64,000 bases of DNA from the human T2T-CHM13v2.0 reference genome, Homo sapiens, in NCBI RefSeq assembly GCF_009914755.1, contig NC_060930.1. One strand, given 5' to 3'. Made by a program: the position numbers and the translations under genes. Below the pieces are notes generated by a model. That model saw nothing but the letters and a program-made list of their open reading frames with translations, made no database searches and was not told where the DNA came from. Positions 12,031 through 25,378 of the stretch are shown here, in pieces. Position 1 is the first letter of the stretch; every line of letters begins with the position of its first letter.

Positions 12031-12109
12031 CACCTTTCTTATGAAATGCTGATGTGTATCTCAGTGTTCTCATAGTGTTCTGCTTTGTACTTGCATGCTT
12101 TGGCTTCCC

Positions 12110-12200
12110 AGGAACAATGTAATTATCTCAAGGGCAGGGAAAGTGCTCAGCACATCTGGCAAATGACTGAACACTCAATAAGTGCTGAATGAACGGATGA
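12110..12200 (+). mobile_element. L2 3' end
   Basis: agggcaggga...cactcaataagtgctgaatgaa. Confidence 0.55.
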
Positions 12201-12614
12201 TTGCACAACTTCTTTTGCATTTCATTCAGGGGCTAGCATAATATTGGACTCATACTAGACACTTAATAAACACTACTTGAGTGTTTTAAAATTATTATTA
12301 AAAAAACAATGATGAGCATGATCTTATGCCTGATTAACCTAATTGAATGGAACTCCAAATATATTGTAACCAAAGGAATTTTCTCTAAGTTTCATAGCAG
12401 CAGAACATTCTGCTGATGCTGATGCCTTTTCTTGGTATCATTACCATCAGTGTGAATATCTTCATCTAGAAATTGATATTTCTTTCATATGTTTGCCTTT
12501 GTTAGAACTTGAAGGATGGAGTTCCTTGGTTTGTCAAGAGGATGTAACAGAATTCCTCCCTTCCTCTCTCCCTCTGATTCCTGCTTCTGTCTCTCCCTTT
12601 TGTCCTTTCTTCTC

Positions 12615-12830
12615 CATTTCACAAATGTATAGCACAGGTCTACCATGTGCAAAGCACTGTACCAGCACTGAGGACCCAAAGAAGAACATGAAGATTAAAA
12701 GGAGCAAGATACAATCACCAGCTCAAGAAGCTTATAATTTGGGGTAGGGCACAGACCAGTAAATAGACAATTACAGAGCAATATAATAGAAGAAAACACA
12801 GTGTTATGAGGCAAACATAAGGACCACTAA
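12615..12830 (-). mobile_element. L2 3' fragment
   Basis: ctaccatgtgcaaagcactgt...gctcaagaagcttataat. Confidence 0.55.
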
Positions 12831-14119
12831 CTGAAGATTCATTACATCATTTTCTGTCATCCTAGATGTATTCAAGATGTAATTCTCTTAGAGTATTAAG
12901 TTAATGTAAAAAACGCATCATTGTGACCTTCAATCTAGAAGATGTAGGGCAAAATTAGGCTGGAGCATCTTTTTCTCCTGTGACATTATACATCTGATTT
13001 CACTGAAATATGGTACACAATTACTGGAAACGAGTGCCTGTAAAAGTCCATAAAACCAAGTGACTTTTCAAGATATAACAAAGGTAAAAGGCTACTGGCA
13101 TCACTGTCTATGAATCATCTCATTATCAATATTCTAGACTTTGAAGTGAAATAATAAAAAGTTTACTTAAAGCAACAGCATCAAATAATTAAGCAATTCT
13201 TTCGTATTTAATACTAATATTTCAGAAACAGGACTCCAGAGTATTTCCAGATGTGCATATGCTGATTGATTTTTAGGTTTATCATCCTTCATTTTATAAC
13301 AGAAATGATTTCTTATACATTGATAGAACGTAGTGTGATTGTAGTGACATTTTTCACCTTGACATTAACTGAAAACATGGTGTAAATGGAAAATTATAGA
13401 GGTAGCAAGGCAAAGGTTACAACACGTGTGAAAACATTTTTGTTTATTTGTATGCTGTATTTCATTATCTGCTGTGTTTACTTCTTTTTTAATGTGTTAA
13501 TTCATATCATTAAGTAAATGTCTCCACATATTCATAAATGTATCCCATATTCCTAATGCTAGAGAATATCACCAATGTATCTGACTTATTACAAGTCAAC
13601 AGCTACGTATGTATTTGTGCTGCCACCCCTGTGACAAACTATAAACTTGGTATTATTACAGTAGCCATTTATGGAAAATGGAATAATTATGCCGCTGCTT
13701 TAAATTATAGGCAGAGTTCTCACTGGAACCATAAACTGCTAATAAGGGTTACATCCATTAAGCGTTAATCAGGCTTTTCTTTCTGCAGTGAGTTGGCATT
13801 TCCGTATCTATAAATTTATTTACATAAGAAATTGAAAGCAATCGATGAAGGCTACTGGAACAAGGACCTTCAAATCTCATGAAGTTGTTATCTGCATCAT
13901 TGAAGATGGCATGGTCCTAAATCTGCTCCCAGTGAGGCTCTTAATGAGTTGTCCTTGGACCCTGACCTGGCCTCACGATCAGTGAAACCAACTTGGTTTT
14001 CTGTTACTTTATGCTATTTTCTGAGTCAGATTTGCTAGGTTCCTATTTTGATCTGGCTTGGCGAGCCAATTAAGGGCAGCAGAATCTAGCTGAGACAGTA
14101 TGCCTTAGCCCTTTAGATC

Positions 14120-14360
14120 ACAGAGGTCAATGGTAAGGGCTCTGGAGTCACATTGCCAGGGATCAGAACCTAATCTATCACTTGCTAGTAATATCATCTT
14201 GAGCAAGTTCTCTCTGAACTTCTCTTTCTTCAACACTAGAGCAATAATTGAATCCACCTTTTAGTTTTGTGCAGAGGATAAAGTTGAGAAAGTGTGTGTA
14301 TATACATGACACTTGACAAGGGCCTAGAACACAGTAAGTGCTCAACAAATGTCAGCTATT
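14120..14360 (+). mobile_element. MIR
   Basis: ggctctggagtca...ttgagcaagtt...cacagtaagtgctcaacaaatgtcagctatt. Confidence 0.75.
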
Positions 14361-16139
14361 GCGAGACTCACACTTTTCAATTGTTAAGATCGATATAAAC
14401 ATGTCAATTAGGTTTGTCCTCTCAGATCCTTATTCTGGTGATCTTAGTCACTTTCTTAGACTAGTGTGAAAATGTATACATCTAATAGAGTAATTGGTGG
14501 TAGACATGTAATAGCTCTGAATAGCGTTAGCAAAATGACACAGATATTCCTTTTCAAATTTTAACAAAGTATTCACAATAATTGCCCTGTAGGTGAAAAC
14601 AAGAGACAAAGGTTAGAAAACATCGCTTTCAAAACAGCAGTTTCAAGGTTAGAGATGCAGTAAAAACTAGTCCTATGAACCGCCAATAAAAATGAAACAA
14701 TGAACATAGGAAATATAAAGTAGCTAGTATTCTTTGTAATGGACACAAAAAATTGAGTTTTACCTAGTTTCGTTTTGTAAAATATCAACATTAGATTCCT
14801 CTGTATTGATCATGGGGTCCTTCCCATTTTCATTCAAGGTTGGCAAATAATTTCATGTATACAAAACTGCTTTGGTTTTCTAAGGTCATAGACATGGATA
14901 CGGTCTGGTGGAGAGAACATTAGAGTAGAAGAGAGCAGCCCTGCATTCTTACCTAATCTTTTCCTCTAAATAGCTATGTGATAATCTACTGACCCACTCA
15001 GGTTGCCCAATGTACAATAAAGGTGCTAGAGTAAATTCTCTTTGAAGGTCCCGTCTATCTCTGATGTTCTGTAAGCAAGGAAATTATTAGGATGTCAATA
15101 CAGATTTGCAGTTGCAAAAAACCCTTATCTATTTAAGGTCCAAGCCTCTCTTTGGTGGTGTAATGGTGTGTGTTTACACTGACTTGTTCTTGTTCTCACA
15201 TTTGCAGCATGGCTTATGGCAGAGGAGTTGGGGAAAACCGTCACACTAGAAATATTCAAAATTACAGTCTATTTAAAATAATTAAACAATAGCTCTGTAT
15301 TGCGCTATTGTGTTTGCATTTAGAATAGAATAGCTATTTAATCTGTATAACAATTTGAAACTAATGATGGTTAAATCACCTAATACTGCTTGATACCAAT
15401 ACAAATTAATATGAAGTTTAACTCCATTTGTAGGAACCTTAGTGTCTCAAGGCACTTGTATTAGATCTCCTCTAGAAAATGATTTAAAAACATTCTGACA
15501 TCAAATCCTTCTTGACTTTGGGGACTGAATTTCAAAGTACAAGTATTTTCATTATATTGGATCATAAATCTCCTCCATAGGAAGTGTTGTTTCCTTAGAT
15601 TCTAGCTTTTGGCTTATGCTTCTAAAAACAATTATACTAATAAAAATGTCTAAGCAGAGAAGAGGCCAGAGGAGCAAGTATATTAGAAGCCAGAACAGGA
15701 CTTTTTGTTTTTTTTTGTGACAGACAGAGAGGAATAGACAGACACCTCTTTGGCATTCAGCATTATAAAACACAAGATTAATGCAGTTCTCAATAAGAAG
15801 GCTAAGTGCATAAAATAAAAGAGATGACCATTATCCATCTCAGTGGATATGCCTCCAACTTACGAATCCCAACAATACATAAAAAATACATGATGTTATT
15901 AGGTGGTGGAAGCTGGCAATATATTGTCCATAACTTATTTATATAAGGCTGTCCGGAGTAGCAGTGTTTAACTCTGCTGGGTACGCAGATAGGAGGTGGG
16001 GCTTGAGTCGTTGTTTGCTAAGTCAGAGGGTAATCCATAAATACTCCTTGAAAAGAGATGAAACTTGGGACTTCTTAACCTGTCTGTCATTATATCCTGG
16101 ACCAATTCTCAGTTTTCTTACAAGCTTATACTGAGCTGA

Positions 16140-16557
<418 letters not shown>

Positions 16558-18029
16558 TCATAGATAGATTTATTAATTGAACAAATGTCACCAAAATTAG
16601 GAACTGGTGGTTGAAGTCGATCATAGAGCTATCTGAAAGGACTGCTGCTGTCTCTGTAGCTAAGATAGTGGAGCCGATTTGGGACTTCCCCAGGAGTAGG
16701 TATGGTTGGGATATCAGTAGTCTCAACAGAGGGAGGTTGTATGCCATTTGGGAGGGTCCATTGGCATTGATAAGAAAGGTAAAGGAAACAAAGTTCAGCC
16801 ACAGGGAATCCTGAATCTAGATGTTTAGGGATCTTAGAGCCCTGACAGAGACAGCACACAGTCAGACTAAGGTCACTCATGGGAGGTGTATTCTTTGGAC
16901 AGTTAGGAGAATTCATGGTGATGTCTACTATTTTCTGTCTCTCCATTCTGAACATTGTATTTCCATGACTACCTCTGAAGTTTTGTCTACATGTAAACTA
17001 CTTTCACTCCAAAAACAAAAAACAATTTCTGGTTTTAAAGATTTTAACAAAAAAAGATTTTAATTTTTATTTAAGTAGTCATAATAATGAGTGGATAAGG
17101 CCCCCAAAATGCCCATAAAAATTGCTAAATGTTTCTGCAAAAAGTACTCCATCCAGAGCTGCTTCTCACCGTTCATCCCTTCACTGTCTCTTTTTGTGGG
17201 GACTAAAAGTTTCCCATTAGTACATAACAGACAGTCATTAAACTTTAAACGTGAACACACTCTCCCAATCTATTTGGTAGGAATAGCACATGTCTTTTCA
17301 GGTCATCAATTTACAGGGAAGTTAGATCATCTTTTTTCTGGGATACTGTGCAATTGATTTCTCAAAGGTCACCAATGAACTCCTCCAAGTGAATTGAATT
17401 TAAAATTTAGCTTAGCCTTAAAGGGCATTGCAGTTCAATGGTCTAAATCAGGGATTAACAATTAAATGCCTGTTTTTCTGGCATACTGGTGACATGAGAG
17501 ATTTCATGGATGTCCAGGGTCAGCAAGGGGTACCAACTTTTGCTTCTGGTTATGTGTATATTTTTTGCACATGATGTGAGATATATCTGTAGCTTTAAAA
17601 ATAAATATATCTGGAGAATTTTAAGAGTATTGGACTTTATAATTTAATATGATTTATTCTACTTAGTTAACTAGAACCCCATTTGCCTGCTGAGTTGAGT
17701 TGCACCAGGGTGGCAATCTTAACCAGTAGTACTTGTTAGGATCTATTTATGAATCCGCAGGTGTAACCTCCATGCTGGGACATTCTGATTTTTTAGAGCT
17801 CTGGATAGTATATTTTGACAAAGTTCTCTGGTGATTACAATAAACAATAGTGTCATACACCTATGTGTGTATATGTATGTACATATATTTATACACATAG
17901 ATAAATACGTATTTTTCACTTTACAATGTACTGCAGAAATCTTACAACATCAGTGCACATGGTAAGCTCATTCTTTTTAATGGCTGCACTGACTCATTAA
18001 CTTGATGAACATTTTAAGAGCATGTTTCT

Positions 18030-18205
18030 TTACCTCTCTGTGCCTAATAAATTTTTCATCTGTAAAGTGGGGGTAATAGCAATACGTACCTTATAAGGTT
18101 GTTGTGAGGATTCAATGTATTCATGTACGCAAAAGACTCAGAAATAGATCTAGAAGCTAATAGGCATTATACAAATTTTTGATAAGATTATTGTCATCAT
18201 TATTA
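18030..18205 (+). mobile_element. MIR
   Basis: acctctctgtgcct...catctgtaaagtgggggtaata...ggttgttgtgaggatt. Confidence 0.8.
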
Positions 18206-20574
18206 TTTTTACCCACAATCTAACATTACTCCTAAGAGATATTAAAATGCACAGACAGAGTTTGTTGTGTCTTCAGGTAGTGGCAATTACATGAGAATTT
18301 GGATAATTTTTTTCAAACTTTTCTATCAGCTGCAATCCAATTGTAAGTGGATTCGAGAATGAAGTAGGTAGAGTGTGAAGTTCCCTAGGAAGCAGGAGAA
18401 CTTAGTTCTTACTTTAATCTGCCACTGGAAGTATGCAACTTTGGACAAGTCATATATAAATTCTGAGACTAAAACTCTCCATGTCCGAAACGAGGGTGTT
18501 GGAAAAAATGGTCTCTAAAGTATCAATAGCTTTAACTCCCAGTTAGTGTTGTGGAAACAAAGAGAAGACAAATATAAAGTTTTTCCCAGGGTGTAGGCTT
18601 TAAGATGGAGGACACCTTGGTGTTTTCTTCAGAACTGAAGTAGCAATGTCTAGAGTTGCCTTTTTCTCTTAGTAGGCACTCAGGAAAATTCTGTCAAAGG
18701 AATGTTAAAAAAAAAAGATACTCAAAATGCAAAGTGAATATCAGGTACACAATGGGTCTTCATACCTTTTTATTTTTAACTGATTATATGAGTTTCCAGA
18801 AATCTTTCTAGGAATTAGACCTAAATGCCTATCTTATCTTTGAAAAAAAAATTTAAATAGATTTGATTTTATTGTTAGCACATCAACACATATCTATTTC
18901 TATTGCTATATTAACAGACTGTAACTGAATCACGTCGACAGTTGCAAAATACTCTGTCTGGGTTACTTTATTAAACTAAAAGAATGGAAGATGCATAAAA
19001 AATTCCATTTATACTTGGTGTGTACTAAGTGAGCATCATGGAAAAGTCTAGTTCCTCTTAGGGAAACCACTTAAATGTAGTAGTCAGTTGGAAGGAACTA
19101 TTGGACTATTATTTAGAGCAATCCTTTCACACTGATCAATGAAGATGAATTTTTGTAGAGTAGCACAATCAGATGTAGCTACATTATGCTTTCATAACAT
19201 TAGCATTTGTTATATGATTGGAGAAGAGCCCAGAGATCTTGGAAGGTGAAAGGATGGGCCCCTTGAATCTGTTAGTGCTACTTCCACTTGCCCATTCAAA
19301 GTGACTGCTTCCAGAGATCCTATGGCATGTTATGCATCCTTGTGCTTTGAGGCCACTGAAATAGTATTAATTTTTTCATGCTGGAGTATGGATTTTTAAA
19401 ATGCCAAGTTTCATTTAATTATATGGTGAAACCAAACCACACTTCTTCTTAATCAGAAATATTGTGAGGGCAAAGTAGGGAAACCCAATGAATTATAATA
19501 AATAATAGTGAGTTTTCCTATAAAACTTACTGAAAGATGCAACAGGTCAACCAATCTATGAACCTCTGGAGGGTAACAAGACAGTAAACTTGACATTGCA
19601 CAGTATTTGACATACTGTGGTATTTGACATACAGTGAATCATTATTTACATTTTATCCAAAAACATTTACCTGAGAAAAGGTCATGACGTTAAATTTGGA
19701 GACATTTACAGCAATTGCCAAATGTTTACTATCTACATGAATGTCATGCTTCTCAGTCAAAAGCAGGTTGATGTGCTAAATGTCAATTATTTCAACTTGT
19801 TTGATGGTAGCACAGATTGCCAAGCAACATAAAAAGAGGTTTAATAAATATTATATACACTACTAACCATTAATCTTGCGTAGCAGAGGCTCGAGTTTTA
19901 CATATAGAGGATTTATGACAAGCAACAGCTCAGGACATTAACGCTCAATTATTACAGTCCTGGATGGTGGCACTACCATTAGCTCCTGGAAGATCACCTT
20001 GTTTCTTCTGCTTCTGCTGCCACTTTGGAGGAGGCATCAGAGAGAATGGAATTATTTCAGGAAATAGCACTGTGATTTTTTTTGTGTGTGTTTTCCAGTC
20101 CTTTTTAGAATTAGCAGCAAAGGAGGATTACCCAGAGTTATGTTGGTGGGAAATTGAATTGTTCCATTTTTCTAACTGATTATAAGGCATTGTGATACTC
20201 TGCAAGAACTCCAAAGACTTCAAGAGAACAGCATACAAATGTTAAGTGGGATACAATAGCACCAATGGAATAAAAAGTGGTGAGGGAGCCAGCAGCAAGG
20301 GAAATGTGAATAGTTTCTAGCATGGTTTATCAGCACTAAAACTTGATGAAGGCAAGTATGAACTTTTTTCCTTTTCTTCTAATCGCCACATATGTACATA
20401 ACAATGGACTCAGTGATATAACCACAAAACTCCCTTGAATTAAGTGATCAAGGTCAATATTCTGAAAAGAGCTAAAATGAACATGCACATATGCCATTTA
20501 GTCTTTCTTGATTTCTTTTCATTGGCATCTGAGTCTGAGAATAAACTCAGGTTACTGGCCAATGTTTGATGCTA

Positions 20575-21500
20575 TCTGATAAGCACTTATTGAGCACTAC
20601 TGGATGCAAGACATGGTACTAGGCTCTGCTATAGGAGAGCATGTAGTCAGGGAGGAAGATGGTAAAACAGTGCAAGTTAGACCATGTACCTATCACAAGA
20701 AAGGAAAAAACACAATTCCCCAAGGGTTTAGGAGGAGAAATCATGAGCAGTAGCAAATAAATCTTCATGGAAGCATTCGTGCTAAAGGCGGGTAGGGCAC
20801 GCTCACATGGAAGCAAGTGTGGAAGAACTCTCAGGCTGGCAGGACACCAGGAGCTGGTGTGAAAAGGGTTGCATCACTGCAGGTGGGCACAATGGTTAGC
20901 TTTGCCAAAGTCAGAGGATTTGTGAAGAGAGTGTGGGATGTCAGCCTAAAAATGTAGGATTAAGGTGGCTGGTGAAGAATCTGGAGCACCAGGTAAGTTT
21001 GGTTTTTATTCTGGAAGCAAATAGAGTCACTGGAACTCTGAGCAGACCAGAGCTTGCTTGGTGATGTGGTTTGGCTGTGTCCCCACCCAGAGCTCCTATT
21101 TAATTGTATTAAATAGCTCCCATAATCCCCAGGTGTCGTAGAAGGGACTGGTGGGAGGTAATTGAATCAGGGGGGCAGGTTTTTCCCATGCTGTACTCAT
21201 GATAGTGAATAAATCTCATAAGATCTGATGGTTTTATAAAGCGCAGTTCCCCTGCACATGCTCTCTTGCCTGCCACCATGTAAGATGTGACTTTGCTCCT
21301 CCTTCGCCTTCCACCATGCTTGTGAGGCCTCCTCTCTGTGAGTCCATTAAACCTCTTTTCTTTACAAATTACCCAGTCTTGGGTATTTCTTCATAGTAGT
21401 ATGAAAATGGACTAACACACTTGGCAAAGATTAATCTGGGGTGGGGGGTGGATGGGGGGAGGAGGGTCAGGAGAGTGAAAATGGCATTCTGAAAAGAAGA
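20575..21500 (-). mobile_element. L2 fragment interrupted by THE1B
   Basis: aagcacttattgagcactac...; tttggtttttattctggaagcaa. Confidence 0.55.
21062..21419 (+). mobile_element. THE1B-type MaLR solo LTR
   Basis: tgatgtggtttggctgtgtccccaccc...ggactaacaca, perfect TSD cttgg. Confidence 0.93.
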
Positions 21501-22149
21501 GAAAAAGGGAGACTCAGAGGGGTTGGAATCAGGGCAAGAGGGGCAAGGAGACACACAGTCTTATTTTTAATGGTACATTGGCAAAGACAATCACAAGAAG
21601 CAGTGGCATTTCCTTCCTGGGAGATCCTTAACCTCTCACCAGTCAAGGGAGGTTTAAGTGTCCTTCCTTGATAGAAAGACAACTGAGCTAGTGGATCTCT
21701 CCATCCTTACAATAAAGGGATTTCTAAAAATGAGTGCAAAAATTTAGTCAGGAGTTTTCTTCCCTTGACTATGTGAGTAATCACAGAAGAATGCTTATGG
21801 TAAGCCTCTTACTTCCTACATGCAAATTCAATTCGCCTGAGCTGTTTTGCGGCTTATGCCAGACGTCTTGAGTCATCTCCCCAAGCAAATAATGTAAGCA
21901 GTTCTTTCAACATTGAAATGTGGATTTATTCTAGGACCGGAGACATATTACTAGTATTTTCCAGCACTGGCTCTAGGCTAGACAAATAAAGTTTACTTTT
22001 AAAAAGGTCAAAAGCACTTTCCAGACTCAAAGTCTCACTCCTTTCAAACTTCTAGGTCACCTGATGCTTGCAACATCATGTACTTATGTTAAATATTGAA
22101 GGTCTCTGATAAAATATAATAATATCAGAAAAGGCTAAGTCACTCTGTT

Positions 22150-22200
22150 ATATTCACTTATTAGCCCAAATTAGTCCATATTCACTTATTAGTCCAAATT
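22150..22200. repeat. Two-copy direct repeat, period 28 bp
   Basis: atattcacttattag(c/t)ccaaatt at 22150 and 22178. Confidence 0.85.
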
Positions 22201-22789
22201 CACATTATATTTCTTACCAACCACCTAGTAGGGATTTAAAAAAATATTATAGGTAAATGATAGAGAAAGTAAGGGCTCTCCTTGAACAAGTAAGGCAGTG
22301 ACCAAAAGAAGGCATTGGGAAGAATGGAGTACTTTCAGGAAATAACACCTTGATGTTTTCTTTGTGCTTTCCAGTCAAGTTGATGAATAGATAAGTAAAC
22401 AAATGGCTTAATTCATAGTTAAAACTAACGCACATACTTACTACCTAATTTTAGCTAGCGTCTTGGGATATTCAATGAATTTGAATGTTATTTTTAATAT
22501 TTGATTGGCTATATCTGTAAACCATAGACTTCTGTTTCAACTTCAGAGCACGGAACAATGGTTGGAAGTAACAGATGTTTTTTTCCCCACCAGAAGAAAG
22601 AAGTATAAGAAAATATACTTCTGCTCCTCAAATAAATAAAGGGTCAGTTCACAAAGTATTGAGTTACCTGAAGCCTGAGTAACCATGGAGTTTGTTTCAC
22701 TGGTCTGCTGGGTAGATGGGATTTAGATATCAATTGGGTGGCTGGACTAAAGCGATCTTTAAAATTCCTCGCAATTTTGAGATCGTTTG

Positions 22790-23230
22790 CCAGAAGAGTG
22801 CTGAGGACGATAAAGTGATCATATTAAGAACTTAAGCCTGAAGAAAGTGGCTAAAATAACTCAATATGCTTTACATGTCTTAGCTAAGTGATGAATTGGA
22901 TAGATGCAATACCTCTTGACTGCCAGCTGAAGGGTAAAAAGAAGGATAGGATTATATATAGTGCCAAGAGGAGGTATAATGAGAAATAATACTATGAAAT
23001 TTACTAAAGGAAACTGAGATCTGAATTAGAAACATTTTTTCAAATTAGAGCTTCAAAATCTAATGTGTTTTGGCACCGTCTCCCAAGGGCAGCCAGAGAA
23101 GGCCTTTGAAGAGCTCTGTGCAGCCTTGGTTGGAGCCATTTAAGCAACATGCCCTTTAGAAAATAAAAAGCCTTTCCGGAGGACAGGGGGAAGGGTTGTG
23201 CAATTTCTTTCAACACAAAATATTTTGATG
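22790..23230 (+). mobile_element. Possible CR1/L3 LINE 3' fragment
   Basis: cttaagcctgaagaaag..., gatctgaattagaaacatttttt...tggcaccgtctcccaaggg resemble CR1 3' ORF2; very diverged. Confidence 0.4.
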
Positions 23231-23779
23231 TGAGGATTTCTCCTTAGGTTTATCTTCCTCAGACCATTTCTTCTGTAAACAGGCTGCAAGCAGACCCAGG
23301 CTTGACACACACAGGCTGCAAATTAAGAAGAATCCTGGGGGAATGCCTGAAACAGCGCTCCAAGCCTGCTCCCTTGTGGTCATGGGGTTAGCAAGACAGC
23401 AGCCATGTCTTTGGATAGTTTCTGCCCTCTTTCCTTTTGGAAACTTGGTTTGGAGGAAGCCTAGGCACCTCTGCGTGCCGTTCTTCTCTCCCTTCCCCTT
23501 AAGCTAGTACTTCCAATTTTTGTCTGGTGACCCTCAGGCCAGCAGAGGTGGGGAGAGGAGAAGCCTGCCTTTTCCCCTCACGGTTGGAGCTCGGTGTTTC
23601 CTGATTATTGAAGCCCACTCGCTTTGCTTTTCCCTCCCTTTTCCCGGGGCCAGATCTGTTCTTCACTTCTCTGGCAAGTACACTCGCCGGCTCACTTGCC
23701 TTTTCTGAATCAAAAATGCCACCTCTTCACTTTTGTTTAAAATAGGGAGGCAGCAGCTCAATATATCTGATCAATATTA

Positions 23780-23995
23780 GGAGCCAAGAACCCCTGGGTC
23801 TGAATCAGAGCCCTGGATCTTTCTCACTGTATAACCTAACTTAACAACCATGGACAAATCATGGAAACACTCTAAAGCTCAGATTCTTTATTTGTAAACT
23901 GCGGATGTCCTATTTTTCTCACAAACTACCATGGGGATCAAAAGTGATGATATATGTATATGTAGTTTTGGTGGTAAAGTTCTATGTTACTGTTA
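23780..23995 (+). mobile_element. MIR
   Basis: ggagccaaga..cctgggtctgaatc...gctcagattctttatttgtaaa. Confidence 0.65.
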
Positions 23996-24359
23996 GTTAC
24001 TATTGTTCCCAATAAACTGGGTACATCTTTCTTTGGCCTGTTGTATATACAATAACCTCCCAGTGGGACTTTGTCCCTCCTAATAAGATCTAAGTTCCGC
24101 AAGAGGGAAAGGATGTTTACTGCCCTATTCTTTAAACCTATAGAAGTGTTCAGAAGGCCATGAGCATCTTTGAGGGCTAAAGAAATCTGAGGGAAGCTAG
24201 GAGGTTTATCTATTCTTTGGTAGACAAGGGGCGGAAGAAATCCATGTCCTGTGGCCATGGGAATGGAAGAGGGCAGTACAAGATCAGGACAGGTGGATGA
24301 AAGGAAAAAGGGGACTTAGTTTTAGATTTAGGTGCTTCTGGACTTTCTCTGATAGCAGG

Positions 24360-24717
24360 TATTATAGGCTAAATTGGTGTCCTATCTCCCAAATTGATGT
24401 TGAAAGCCTAACCCCCAGTATCTCAAACTGTGGCTGCATTTGGAAACAGGGCCTTTAAAAAGGTAATTAAGTTAAAATGAGATCATTAGGGTGGGCCCTA
24501 ATCCAGTATAACTGGTGTCCTTCTAAGAACAAGAAATTTGGACACAAACATGTACAGAGGGAAGACCACGTGAAGACACAGAGAAGCATACAAAGGAATG
24601 AAGTACTGATGCCTACTGCAATCCACAAGCCACCCAGAACTGTGAGAAAATGGATTTCTATTGTTTCAGTCATTCAGTCTGTGGTTCATTGCTATGGTAG
24701 CCCAAGCTACTAATACA
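24360..24717 (+). mobile_element. MLT1B-type MaLR solo LTR
   Basis: ggtaattaagttaaaatgag.tcattagggtgggccctaatcca...ctaataca. Confidence 0.88.
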
Positions 24718-25037
24718 GAGGGCTTGGGCTGGTGTAGCTCCATGCTGTCTGGCTGAATAAACCCCACCCTGCCTTCCTAGGGCCTTCTTTCCTCAGGAGT
24801 CAGGCATCACCAAAGGTATAGACTTGGCTGTCTTCCTCTTGGCCAGGTGAATACCTGGCAGTGATGTGTTTCTGATACTGCATGTTGTAGTCATGGAAAA
24901 TATTTGTCTTTGAAGCATCACCCTCTGCCCACGGTATGTAGTTCTACAGGTCTGTAAGAGCACCATTGTGTTCTAGGTACATCATGGTAGACCAGAGGCT
25001 GTCCAATGGCCGACATTTAGGTTGTTTCCTTCTGCGT

Positions 25038-25124
25038 GGCTGGGACTACAGGTGTGCATTACCGTGCTTGACTATTTCATTTTTTGATTTTTAGTACAGA
25101 TGAGATCTCTTTACGTTGCACAGG
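25038..25124 (-). mobile_element. Internal Alu fragment (linker region)
   Basis: gctgggactacaggtgtgc...tttttagtacagatgagatctc..cgttgcacagg; lacks both Alu ends. Confidence 0.8.
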
Positions 25125-25378
25125 TAGGAGAATTGCTTGAGTCCAGGAGTTCGAGACCACCTTGGGCAACATAGCCATACTGTATCTCTAAGACAAGTAA
25201 TAATAATAATAAAATATTAGCTGGATTTGTTGGCATTCGCCTGTAGTCCTAGCTACCTAGGAGGTTGAGGTGATCACTTGAGCCAGGGAGATAGAGGCTG
25301 TGATCACACCACTGCAATCCAGCCTGGGTGACAGACAGAGTGAGACCCTGTCTCAAAAAAAAAAAAAAAAAAAAAAAA
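25125..25378 (+). mobile_element. AluJ, 5'-truncated
   Basis: ttgcttgagtccaggagttcgagacc...gagaccctgtctc followed by A24. Confidence 0.9.

Noticed and set aside
12397-12416. cagcagaa-ca-ttctgctg inverted repeat as a GRE or HSE
   Set aside because: Only one good half-site or two nGAAn units; expected by chance in 64 kb
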